Part shown: piece by piece, positions 11,700-23,684 of the stretch | Position numbering within the stretch: position 1 is the stretch's first letter | Layout of the letters: each line of letters starts with the position of its first letter | Origin: Hormiphora californensis | Lineage: Eukaryota; Animalia; Ctenophora | Length of the DNA stretch: 64,000 nt | Direction: 5' to 3' | Assembly (NCBI GenBank): GCA_020137815.1 | Contig: CM035350.1 | Location: 8,494,001 to 8,558,000 of the forward strand | Notes under the pieces: generated by a model | Database searches by the model: none | Told to the model about the DNA's origin: nothing | What the model saw: only the letters and a program-made list of their open reading frames with translations | Position numbers and translations under genes: made by a program

Positions 11700-12790
11700 A
11701 AGTTTTCAAAAATCTAATCCCTAAAATCGGATTTTTTTGAAAAGCGCTGCCTTATCGGGGCCAGCAACGTTTGCCAATGGATTTTTTGAAGTTGTCACCC
11801 CAAAACGACGGCCAGCGTTAAAATATGGGTGTTTCGTGAGTGCTGACAAACGGTTTTTCAGGGTTAGGGCTAAAGTAGGGTTAGGGTTGGGGTTTGGGTT
11901 GGGGTTTAGGTTGGGCCCTGTCAGAGCATTGGCCTGACCCATTCTCGTCGGAACGCGCGAGAACTGTGGTCAGAGCATTGGCCTGACAGGTTGGGCCCCA
12001 ACCCAAACCCCAACCAAAGTTTATCTGGTAGGAAATGTCAAGGCCGAACCCCAACCCGCAACCGTTGGGGTTAGGCCTTGTCCCTTGACATGACATTTCC
12101 TACCAGATAAACTTTGAATTAGCCAAAACGGTTGAGTGGTTTGGCGGTTAGAGCCATTTTTTTGAATCAACTTTTTTGGCAGCGCGCACCTGTAAACAGG
12201 CCTCCAAACACCCAGATCGTAACGGTGCCCCAAAATGACCGGGCGTGTGAAATTTATCAATTGATGCGCACACGTTAACATGTGATGTGACGCGCAAAAG
12301 CATTCCGCACAGGAGAAGGGGGGTGACAACTTCAAAAAGACCGACTTTAAAGTCGGATTTTTTGAAGTTGTCACCCCCAAACGACCGTGCATGTGAAATT
12401 TATCAATTTTGACACACACACCACACGTTAAAATGTGATGTGACACGCAAAAACATTCCGCGCAGGAGAAGGGGGTGACACAGGGGCGAAGCAAGGCTGA
12501 GTCCAGTGGGTCCAGGACCCACTTTTTGGACGAGAGAGGAGAAGAAAATGAGAAAACTTGCTAAAAAGTGAAAATATCGGCAAAAACAACCAAAAAAAGT
12601 GAAAAAATGAACCGATTTTCAATTGAAAATGCGAATGCGCGCAAGAAAAAAATATGCGGCAGCGCTGGGTCCGGACCCGCCTCGCGCGTTACATTTTCTG
12701 CAGCGCTGGACCCAAAAATTTTTTCGTGAATGAACGCCGCGCACCGCCCCTGGGGTGACAACTTCAAAAAGTCTGACTTTAGTCCATCAC
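11700..12790. mobile_element. Cluster of the same repeat families (TIR modules, telomere-like core on - strand)
   Basis: GGATTTTTTGAAGTTGTCACCCC at ~11779 and ~12355; inverse at ~12320 and ~12752; GGGTTAGGG tracts. Confidence 0.65.
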
Positions 12791-13157
12791 ATTGGCCGAC
12801 GGCCGTCCGCACAAAGTGCCGCCCAAAGCGTTGTGAGTTGTCCACAACGTCTAAGACTCTAAGACGCAGCCCGCAGACATTGACATTTGAATACTTCTTG
12901 CACGTTTTAGATGTCGTGCGACGTGGACAACGCTTTGGGACTTGGGCAACGTGCGGCCAATATGACGTAGCACCACTGATACCGTTCAACAACGCCCCTT
13001 TATCTCGCACAGAAAGGGGTCTGTTTTAGCATATGCCAACTCAAACTGCAAAATTATAAAGTGAAAAAAAAGCAAACTTACAGTGGTGCTCCGTGCTCTG
13101 TCATATTGACCACCCGCACACCCATTTTATATATTTATTCAGCCCTAATCATAGTGA

Positions 13158-13696
13158 ATGTCGAGATCACTTTGTGAACTAGAGCAAGATGTGGATAAGA
13201 TAAAATCGGCGATAAAGAGGTTGCGACGACAAGATAAAGATATCCTAGAGATATTGCTAAAATCAAAAGCCCTTCTCGATAGACAGAAAATAGAGGACAT
13301 CAAACTGACTGTGAGCATTTGTTTGTTTTAACAAACCCATCATTGTGAGTTTGAAGTTTCTGTTACTTGTACGGATACAGTGTCAAGCGACTCAAACTTG
13401 TATAAGATACATAGTATTATACAATAATCCGACACTAAACTTCAGGCCCTGGTGGATGAGCAGATAGAGGAGGATGATACTGAATACATTGCTGAGTCAC
13501 TACAACATTCAGATGTACACATGGTACGTAGTAATTAGGGCACTTTGAACTACACACCTTTCTCACTTGTGTGTATTAGAGGGATTCCAGCTCTATATGC
13601 TTTATTTTGAAACAATTTGTTTTTCAGGAAGAAGTTCAATCAGCAATAAGAACGGAATTCATGGAAATATTACATCGCAATGATCTGGCTAGATAA
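13158..13696 (+). CDS. Orphan 99-aa predicted coiled-coil protein. Exons 13158-13310, 13446-13523, 13628-13696
   Basis: ATG, two phase-0 GT-AG introns and TAA: MSRSLCELEQDVDKIKSAIKRL...|ALVDEQIEEDD...|EEVQSAIRTEF...LAR*. Confidence 0.7.
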
Positions 13697-13887
13697 CGAG
13701 ACATGATCTGACACACTCATTCCGCGTTGTAAAAAGACTCCCTATTATTTGTTTTCAGAATTGTTATATTTTTGTTCATTTTGGTTAGTTTTAAACACAG
13801 TTAACTCATGCCTCTTTCTTTATTTTTGGGTCGACTCTAGACCTGAAATCTAACTCCGAACTCCCAATTTTCCCTCTAGAATCAAGG

Positions 13888-14763
13888 ATGAACGAAGATG
13901 AAGCAGTGTATCTCTCCCAGTTATCCTCTATATCAGATATCCCCATCTCCCTTCAACACTTCCACGGCCAATACGAGCAGGCCAAGAGCAAGCTGAGCGT
14001 AGTAGCATCGGATACAGCACGTGCTCACAAAGAACACATTATTGTGAGTTTCTGTAACTTGTAAGAGACATGGTACTATAATCTGACAATAAAACTGCAG
14101 GCCCTGGTAGATGAACAGATAGAGGAGGATGATACTGAATACATTGCTGAGTCACTACAACATTCAGATGTACACATGGTACGTAGTACTAGTAATTAGG
14201 ACACGTAGCTGAGTCACTACAACATTCAGATGTACACATGGTACGTAGTAATTAGGGCACGTAGCTGAGTCACTACAACATTCAGATGTACACATGGTAC
14301 GTAGTAATTAGGACACGTAGCTGAGTCACTACAACATTCAGATGTACACATGGTACGTAGTAATTAGGACACGTAGCTGAGTCACTACAACATTCAGATG
14401 TACACATGGTACGTAGTACTAGTAATTAGGACACGTAGCTGAGTCACTACAACATTCAGATGTACACATGGTACGTAGTACTAGTAATTAGGGCACGTAG
14501 CTGAGTCACTACAACATTCAGATGTACACATGGTACGTAGTACTAGTAATTAGGGCACGTAGCTGAGTCACTACAACATTCAGATGTACACATGGTACGT
14601 AGTAATTAGGGCACTTTGAACTACACACCTTTCTCACTTGTGTGTATTAGAGGGATTCCAGCTCTACATGCTTTACAAACAATTTGTTTTTCAGGAAGAA
14701 GTTCAATCAGCAATAAGAACGGAATTCATGGAAATATTACATCGCAATGATCTGGCTAGATAA
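13888..14763 (+). CDS. Putative chimeric gene: RINT1 N-terminus plus orphan exons 2-3. Exons 13888-14043, 14101-14178, 14695-14763 (100 aa)
   Basis: Phase-0 GTGAGT donor at 14044, CTGCAG acceptor at 14100, frame open to TAA. Confidence 0.5.
14146..14614 (+). repeat. 8 copies of a 56/62-bp unit spanning a splice donor
   Basis: GCTGAGTCAC...CACATG|GTACGTAG...CACGTA. Confidence 0.92.
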
Positions 14764-14953
14764 CGAGACATGATCTGACACACTCATTCCGCGTTGTAAA
14801 AAGACTCCCTATTATTTGTTTTCAGAATTGTTATATTTTTGTTCATTTTGGTTAGTTTTAAACACAGTTAACTCATGCTTCTTTCTTCATTTTTGGGTCG
14901 ACTCTAGACCTGAAATCTAACTCCCAACTCCCAATTTCCCTCTAGAATCAAGG

Positions 14954-16904
14954 ATGAACGAAGATGAAGCAGTGTATCTCTCCCAGTTATCCTCCATATC
15001 AGATATCCCCATCTCCCTTCAACATTTCCACGGCCAATACGAGCAGGCCAAGAGCAAGCTGAGCGTAGTAGCATCGGATACAGCACGGGCTCACAAGGAA
15101 CACAAGACAAGACTCCAGCGGGACATTAGAGAAACCCAGACTTCTATTCTGGTTGGAGAGGAGTTACTACAGTCTGTCAGTAAAGTTCATGACCCTCCCT
15201 CTGCTGATACGATCGCAAAGTTGAGAACAGTTGAACATGCGACCAAGGTTTCTAAGTATCTTGGATGGCTGAAATTCCTCAAGGAAGCTTCCAATTTTTT
15301 GGAAAAGAGAATGAAAGGTGAGGGGTGGAGGAAGTGCCTTCCTGTGTATGACGAGTTGAATTGTTATTGCTCCCTACTGGAGGATACTGCCTGTACCAGT
15401 CTATACAGGGTGATGAAGGCACAATGTGAACACTGGTATGGAGTGTTATCAGAGACCGCCCTGAAATCACTACCCGTTCTAAACTGGACTAAACTTGAGG
15501 ATAACGTAGCACAAGGGAAGGAGAACATTCAGTTGCTTTTCAAGATATCTCAACCCCTCAAACATGGCATAGCTAATACTACACTTGCAATGGCATACCT
15601 AACTCGACACTTTGACACCCAGTTCAAGTTTCACTTCCGACGTAAGGTGAAGACTAATGACATATCTAAACCTGAGTGGTACTTTACCAAGTTATTATCC
15701 TGGATCAAACAGTTTGGGGGCAAGTTTGTGGATGTATTTGGGGAACTTTTCACCGGTGAGGCCCATCCAGACAAGAAGATTCTCTTTGTAGAGGCACTGT
15801 GTGAGTTGGGGGCCGGTAAAATTAGAGAGGACTATTCCAGGTTGACAGATGTCTTATTTACCCACTACATTGACGAAGTGCTGAAGTTCCATAAGGAACT
15901 AGGTGATCTGGTGACTTTATCTTGTGTTCCTACTCCCATAATGGCAGTTTTTGTGAAAGAGAAGGCCTTAAAAAGGTGGCTTCAACTGGAAACTCTCTCC
16001 TCCTTCAAATTCCTTTCCTCAATCAGTGATGGCGAGGACGCATTTGAGGAGCGAGAATCAGGATCAGGGTACCCAGTTCCAGCCTTGTGTGTGAGGGTCT
16101 TGACATCAGTCCGTGCACTAGGTGAGAGAGTGAGGCCCGTCCCTGACACGGCACTAAACACCTGTTTCTACTCTCTCCAAGTTGACATTCTGAGAGAGTT
16201 TATGGTTCACCTGTCGGAGAGATTCCAGAAATCAAAGGCTCGTGAGGCGATCCTTCTGCTGAATAGTCTCGCCTATACTCTCTCTGTAATCGAGGAGTGG
16301 AGCTATGACACCCACTTCATCGCAATAGCCAAGTTCGACAACCCTGACCAGGCTCCATTTGATGAGACGGTTGGGTCTTATTCCCGAACGGTTCACGATT
16401 GTAGAGAGAGTTTGGAGAGTGGTATTGTGAGTCGAGCTAACACCCTTCTCACCGGTTATTACAAACAATCTTGGGAACTAGCCAGTGCTCCCTACTCCAT
16501 TTCTCCTGCATGTTCGGCTGGTTTCATGGAATTGCAGCAGTCCCTGAGGCAGGCATCAGACCTGCTATCACCTGACCTGTTTGTGGGGTTGTGGAGTAAC
16601 ATCGCCAGTGCTATGATACTGTCACTTGAATCTCGGGTGTTGTACAACAGTAGATTTAACAAGTTTGGTGCTGCTCAACTCAAGTTAGATCTTGCCTCCT
16701 TCTGCAGCGTGTTCTACGATTACTGCTTCATCAGGTCATTTTGCAAAACTGAACACTAAACTTTGTGTGTTGGGTGAGAGTCGAGAGACACTGAGGTTAT
16801 GGTCTAAAGAGAGCAACAGACTTCAAAGTCTCCTTGAGGAAGCTGAGTTGAGGTTAGACGCGGGTGAAGCTTATAAAATAATAGCTTTGAGAACTGACTA
16901 TTGA
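14954..16904 (+). CDS. RINT1: RAD50-interacting protein 1 (RINT1/Tip20), intronless; apparent frameshift near 16725
   Basis: FKFHFRRKVKTNDISKPEWYF, LFTHYIDEVLKF and FNKFGAAQLKLDL; the RINT1-like end (IIALRTDY) lies in another frame. Confidence 0.88.
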
Positions 16905-17093
16905 ATAAGGTTTTTAGTTTTAATCTAACTTAGAATCTAAGTGTTGAATCGTTCATAGTCTGAATGAGTCAAAGTGTAAGTGAGTAATTCTGTTTGTTGA
17001 ATTTCGGGAACTTTAATTAACCTTCCTTCAAAATCATTTGTTTTCTGTCATCACTTTGTATCAGTAATATTAATTGTTAGCGGCTACACGGAT

Positions 17094-18446
17094 TAGGCCA
17101 GTCATATGACGTTGTGAAATGGAACTAATTGATCTAAAAGCGATTCCACTTCCAGGGCCCTCCAATGGGTCTCTACAACCACCAAAAAAATTTACCGCGG
17201 GTACCGCGATGGAGAAATCGGTCATTTCCGGGTTTATTTTGCACCTGCATAAATATAGGCTAGGACGAATGCGATATACGGTAAAAACCGTCTTTGGAAA
17301 CAAGTAGAAAAGAAATCAAGGGCACTAAAGTGTGTAGCGTCCTCGCATTAGTGGGGGTAGGTGCTGGAATTAAGTCTCTATCTTATCAGGTTAATTAGAT
17401 AATTGGATAATTAGATGCGCACATAGCCGTTTTATGGTTATACGGTAAAAACCATCTTTGGAATGGAGTAGAGAAAAAACCGAGGGTACTAGAGTGATCA
17501 GCGTCCTCGAATTAGTGGGGGTAGGTACCAAAATTAAGTTCCTATCTCATCGCGTTAATTAGATAATTGGATAATTAGGTATGCGCATAACCGTTTTTAG
17601 GTTACATGGCTATAGCCACTTAGGAATGGTTTAGAGACTTTTCATTGGTGCCATTTTGTAGGCAATAGCCAAGTTATGGGGGGTCGACGTCTGACTTTTA
17701 AGCTCTATATTCAACCATTTAGCCGTTATATGGCTTTAAAGGTGCTCAAAATCGGTCTTTTTACCGCATTTTTGCTCACTTTGAGCACCTTTAAAGCCAA
17801 ATGACGGCTAAACGGTTGAATATAGAGCTTAAAAGTCCGACGTCGACCCCCAATAACTTGGCTATTGCCTACAAAATGGCACCAATTAAAAGTCTCTAGA
17901 CCATTCCTAAGTGGCTATAGCCATGTAACCTAAAAACGGTTATGCGCATACCTAATTATCCAATTATCTAATTAACGCGATGAGATAGGAACTTAATTTT
18001 GGTACCTACCCCCACTAATTCGAGGACGCTGATCACTCTAGTACCCTCGGTTTTTTCTCTACTCCATTCCAAAGATGGTTTTTACCGTATAACCATAAAA
18101 CGGCTATGTGCGCATCTAATTATCCAATTATCTAATTAACCTGATAAGATAGAGACTTAATTCCAGCACCTACCCCCACTAATGCGAGGACGCTACACAC
18201 TTTAGTGCCCTTGATTTCTTTTCTACTTGTTTCCAAAGACGGTTTTTACCGTATATCGCATTCGTCCTAGCCTATATTTATGCAGGTGCAAAATAAACCC
18301 GGAAATGACCGATTTCTCCATCGCGGTACCCGCGGTAAATTTTTTTGGTGGTTGTAGAGACCCATTGGAGGGCCCTGGAAGTGGAATCGCTTTTAGATCA
18401 ATTACTTCCTTTTTCAGCGATAAATCGACGTCATATGACTGGCCTA
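17094..18446. mobile_element. 1.35-kb foldback element with ~650-bp inverted arms
   Basis: TAGGCCAGTCATATGACGT...ACGTCATATGACTGGCCTA; mirrored ORFs; centre near 17765. Confidence 0.88.
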
Positions 18447-18689
18447 GATACACAATGAGACATCTAGTGAGTGTTTAGCAACATTCGGCTGTGAAAGTGT
18501 TGTATGGAACGCGCGGTACCTCAACTCTGGAACACCTCGCGCGAAACACCCGAACGTGTACAATCCTTGCACAGTTTCTTGAAGAATCACTGGCTGCTGG
18601 TACATGATGGTATATCGGTGTTATTATGGGGCTTCAAAACATCATAGTTTGAAATGGGATATCAAATTAGTCGAAAAGGGGCTTCAAAA

Positions 18690-20255
18690 ACGGGTACCGG
18701 ACAGAAACTCGAACGGACGATAACTCGAACTCGAACTCGAAAATTTCGGACTATAACTCACTTTTGAAAATGTCGAATTTAGGTGAGTTATAGTCCGGAT
18801 CAGGTGACTTTCTGTCCGCCCCACTGTTTAGCACTATTTACGGTGAGTTAGAGTCCGGGCGGACACTAACTCACCTATTCGAGTTGTGGGGGCCAAGGTG
18901 AGTTTCTGTCCGCTAAAAATGTCGAAATTCGACTTTTTGTCCGCCCTCTAAACTCACAAATTCGGACTACAACTCACTTTCGGTAGACAGGGGGAACAAG
19001 AGTGACAGGGAAAGGGCGGGAAAATATGTGAGTTTTTGTCCGCTTAAATAGCGAATTTCGATTTTCTGTCCGGACTGGCGGACTAGAACTCACTTCATGC
19101 ATAGAGAGAAAAAGGCGGGAAGACATGGCGGCGTCGTTGGCAGAGAGAGGGATGCAAAGTTGTTGAGAGATCCTGACAGAGAGAGAGAGAGGGGAGAAAG
19201 GGCGGGCTAGTTCAGTTCTCGTTGTTCACTCATACATTGGTTGAGCTCTGCTTCTCTTTGTCTCTCTAGCTCCCGGGCTTAATTCCCATCTCGGATCTCT
19301 CATCCAATGAGTCATCCAATGAGTCATCGTTCATCACCTGCAGTGGTCTATATCTCCTCTCCAATCTGTTCCCAACCAGCCTAGCTGCATGCTGCAGCTG
19401 CTCTCCTACTCAGTGACTCACCTATCCTTCACTCGACAATCTATCACACCGTTCAAAGAGGAAGAGAGATGGAGAGACAAAGAGAGAGGAAGAGAGATGG
19501 AGAGACAAAGAGAGCTGTTCATCACTCGCAGTGGTTTTTTCTCCTCTCCAATCTGTTCCCGACCAGCCTATAGCTACCCACCTATCCTCGACAATCTATC
19601 ACAGCGAGACCTACTGATTGTGGATCCTTCCTCCTTATCGACACCATACCCACTATGCAATTACGACTCAAGACTTCTCTCTACTGAGTCCAGTCCGATC
19701 CTATAATATGACTACATCATCTGTTTCTGAAGAGCAGCACGGAGAGAGGGAAAGAGAGAGAGCAAGAGAGAAAAAGAGAGAGGAAGGGAGGTAGAGATAG
19801 AGATAGAGAAAGAGAGATATGAAGGGAGATAGAGAAAGGGATGGGAGATGGGTTTTACAGTGTATTTATGTCAACCACTCAACTTGTTTCTCTTGTAATT
19901 ATGATAGCTAGCACAAAAAAAACTCAAAACTCCTGTTTGGAAACCTATTTCATTGGCCGGACAGAAACTCACCTGCCATGGAAAATGAAAATGTCACCAG
20001 AATTTTCGACATTTTCGTAGTTTTAGCAAGTGAGTTTCTGTCCGCCAACTCGAAACAAAATTCGAGTTATTGTCCGCATAACTCACCTAGGTGAGTTTAA
20101 ATTTCGAGATTTTGTCCTAGCTATCGACTTTTTGTCCTAGCAAAAAGTCGAAAATAATGCGGACAGAAAGTCACCAGAAAAAAAAAGTCGACGCCAATTT
20201 TCGGACAATAACTCACTTTCGAGTTACTGTCCAGGTGAGTTACAGTCCTAACGCC
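18690..20255. mobile_element. Non-autonomous DNA-transposon-like element with subterminal GGACAGAAACTCAC / GTGAGTTTCTGTCC motifs
   Basis: Motif clusters in both orientations at 18698-19095 and 19958-20250. Confidence 0.6.
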
Positions 20256-20437
20256 ACCGCGCACTGACACCATATGGCGTGACCTCGCGTGTTACAAACA
20301 CTAAATTATCAAGGTGTGCCCGGCTGGAAACTCAGAAGTACCCACTTTTTAGTAATAACTGTCTTGATAGCATTATCTTACAAAAACATAAAATCAAATT
20401 TCCTGGCATTTTGTACAAGTTCTCACGAGTCCATGTT

Positions 20438-21591
20438 TTAAACATTGTCACTAGTTTCCTTCTGCTCTGCCACCGAACTGGCATGATCATCAGAACTCTC
20501 TCCATCTTTTATCGGGACTATCTCCTCCGGCTGGTGATCAAGTAGGCGAGGTCCGAGTAGGGAGATAAGGGCAGCACCAGGAGGGGACGTGACAATGATA
20601 GCAAGAACTGCAATACACAAAACAGTAACGCCGTACAGCTCTGAATCAGAGTCTACTGGATCACTTTCTCGGACACGATCCAGGGCAATCGAACCAATAG
20701 CGGCCTGGCGGTGGAAAAGGATAAGTGAATGTAGTACAATCGGATCCCGATTTACTGGGATGCTTGGGGAGAAGGGTTTTACCCGGTAAATCGGAGTCCA
20801 ACTGTATGAGAATAGATAAAAAAGAATTTCGATGTTCAGAAACTTAGTTCTACCAATTTCACATTTACCTGAACCGTTGCTTTTGGCGTCCAGGACGCAC
20901 AGACGAAAAGTTTTTCTTTTATGTTGAGGTCGGAGAAAAGGACAGAGAGGTAGGCCACCCCGCACCGTAGTAAAACACCCACGCACAGACACACCAACCC
21001 ATATCCTGCAGAGAAAAAGGGGGTAATGGTACAACGTGACTAAATGTTATAGCACCAGTAGGGAATAAATATCTCTTTTTGAGAGGGGTTAGACATATAT
21101 CTTTTTGAATCTTGAATATAATATCCTGATCATGGTACATTATACTACTCAAAATACTACTATACCACCTAGAAACAATGAGTCACATACCGACGATTTC
21201 AAAGTTTAGTAGGTCTAGTTGAACCTGTGTCACATACATACAATGAGTCACATACCGACGATTTCAAAGTTTAGTAGGTCTAGTTGAACCTGTGTCACAT
21301 ACATACAATGAGTCACATACCGACGATTTCAAAGTTTAGTAGGTCTAGTTGAACCTGTGTCACATCTTACTATATACAATGCAGGGTGGCCTAGATAGGT
21401 GACCCCCATCATGACGTATGGAGGTCCCAGTGCATGTTGAGTGTTGCAAATATCCCGTCACATGACGTATCACATCACCCATCCCTCCCCTATCCTACTG
21501 AGGATCAGTTCTCACATAGCACCCAGCAGTGCACTGTGCGTGATGTGATCTCCATCAGGAGAGAAAGATACACCGAGAGAACAAACCAGAA

Positions 21592-21636
<45 letters not shown>

Positions 21637-23588
21637 GAGAGAGAGTGAGAGAGAGTGAGAGAGAGAGGAGAGAGAGAGAGAGAGAGAGGAGAGAGAGGGA
21701 GAGAGGGAGAGAGAGGAGAGAGAAACAAAAGTTAAGCACAAACTAAATATTTATAGACACTCTGAGTTCTATTATTTCAGTCAGATCGGTGAGGATCAGT
21801 TCTCACATAGCACCCAGCAGTGCACTGTGCGTGATGTGATCACAGAGAGATAAAAGTTACGATATAATGCGCTGTGTTTCTATCCCGTCCGTAGGGCGGG
21901 TACGGTTTTGCTAGTACATACAATGAGTCACATACCGACGATTTCAAAGTTTAGTAGGTCTAGTTGAACCTGTGTCACATACATACAATGAGTCACATAC
22001 CGACGATTTCAAAGTTTAGTAGGTCTAGTTGAACCTGTGTCACATACATACAATAAGTCACATACCGACAATTTCAAAGTTTAGTAGGTCTAGTTGAACC
22101 TGTGCTCCAACCAATGTAAAGAGCAGAGTCTCACCAATCAACCACAGCAGTTGGAGGTATCCTGATATCTCAGCCTAGTGAGGGGGGGGGGGGGGTTATT
22201 TAGCCATAGCAGTTGGAGGTATCCCGATATCTCAGCCTGAAGAGGGGGACTTTAGTTGAACTGTACAACTGGTCGATCACACGTTACCTTATTTTGCCAC
22301 TTCTGGGCAGCCACAGTTGACATAACCAGAGCAGCCAGGACACCAGCCCCAGAGAAGGTTGCCCGTTTGAGCCCAAAGACACAAGTGAACCCAAGAATAG
22401 GAAGAGATGGACGCTGGTGGGGGGGGTGGGGGGGAAGAAAAAACAACCCAACCGCCCAAGCCTCCCAAAAAAGAGGGTTTTTTTAAAAATAATCCAAAAA
22501 AAAAACCCCCAAAAAACCATATTTTTTGAGTTTATTTGGGGGGGGGGGGGGGGGGTGGACCTACCCAAAATTAATTTTCCGGGGGCCCTTAGAAGAGTGA
22601 CCGTGGGGTTATGGAAAACAAAGTTAAGGGCCCAAACCATGGGAAAGTTTGGTTGGCTGTTGAGGGTGCCCCAAAGGTTTTCCCGGAAAGGGGCCAGCTT
22701 TGGGGGTAAAATGAGGGGGGCCCGGGGCTTAAAAGGAGGGGGGAGGTAAGACAGTCTATGCCCCCATTCAAAACCAAATTTACCAAAGGTCCCCCACAGG
22801 AAACCCCCACCGGGGAACCACTCCCCCCTAGGAGGAAATTCCCATACTTGAGGGAATGGGAAACCTCCCAGGTAACCCAAAATTTCACAAGGGGGAAAAA
22901 AACAGTCCCAATCCCTTTTTTTCTTTTGCATAATTTTTTCCGTGGGTCCTGTAGGGGGGGGGGGTTGTTAGTGAGGGTGGGGGGAGGGGGTTAGTGGGAA
23001 TGTTGGGGTTGGGGTATTGGAGGAATTATAGGCAGGTGGTGTTGTCTGTGTTTGGCATCTTTGATTCAACAAAGAATATATCCGGGGTACTAAAAGGTTG
23101 TACCTGCACGCAGTAGAAGAATAACAAAAGCCCCAGTACGAAGGACAGAGGACCAGTTGGCGTCAATACCCTCTGCTATCTTTATTCCTGGAACATTCCT
23201 AAGAGGAGGTTTGATGGAGTCAATAAACAGGGGACCGGGAAAGGGGCGATGTTAATACAAGTCGTGGTGGTGGAGGGGTCAACTAGACCAGCCCCAACAA
23301 GTTGGCGATCAGGGCAACAAGTGAAAGGGGTAGCGAGGGGCAACTATACCAGATCCAATTAGGGGGGGGGGTGATGACTGATGTTATATTTACCTGAAGA
23401 TGATCCCAGCAGCGATCATGCCAATGAGAGGGGGAATCTTCACAAGACCCAGTACCATGCCCAGCAACTTGCCACTAACACACGCCACCAGGATCCCGAA
23501 CATGTTGGACTCCGGGAGACACCCATCACCCAGGACAGACCAGCAGGTTGCCCAGGAGGACACGATAACAAGGAGAGCACTGATAGCC
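20438..23588 (-). CDS. SLC9B2: Na+/H+ antiporter NHA (SLC9B family). Exons include 23394-23588, ~23044-23200, corrupted exons 22290-22950, 22067-22175, 20869-21005, 20438-20705; 5' exon(s) probably near 24310-24470
   Basis: IPPLIGMIAAGIIFR, LLFTLVGAQV, LNIKEKLFVCASWTPKATVQAAIG and LAIIVTSPPGAALISLLGPRLL; SLC9B1 vs SLC9B2 cannot be distinguished here. Confidence 0.85.
21175..22104 (-). repeat. 64-bp unit spanning an NHA splice donor, 6 copies (3 at 21175-21364, 3 at 21914-22104)
   Basis: Minus strand CACAGGTTCAACTAGACC...GTCG|GTATGTGACTCATTGTATGTA. Confidence 0.9.
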
Positions 23589-23684
23589 TGGTGGGGGAGG
23601 TACACCAAACAGGGTTAGAGTAGTTATCAGGATATTGACACAGGGTAGAAAGGTGTACATTATATGAATCACAGATAGGATATA

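Larger units (their letters stand above)
13340..15104 (+). repeat. Tandem segmental duplication (~13340-14037 and ~14038-15104)
   Basis: Orphan exons 2-3, the intergenic region and the first 50 RINT1 codons occur twice. Confidence 0.9.

Noticed and set aside
14146-14614. CRISPR-like array (also 27945-28313 and 41154-41593)
   Set aside because: No unique spacers, no cas genes, eukaryotic context
17070-18478. Mirrored 60-80 aa ORFs
   Set aside because: Arise from palindrome arms; no transposase motifs
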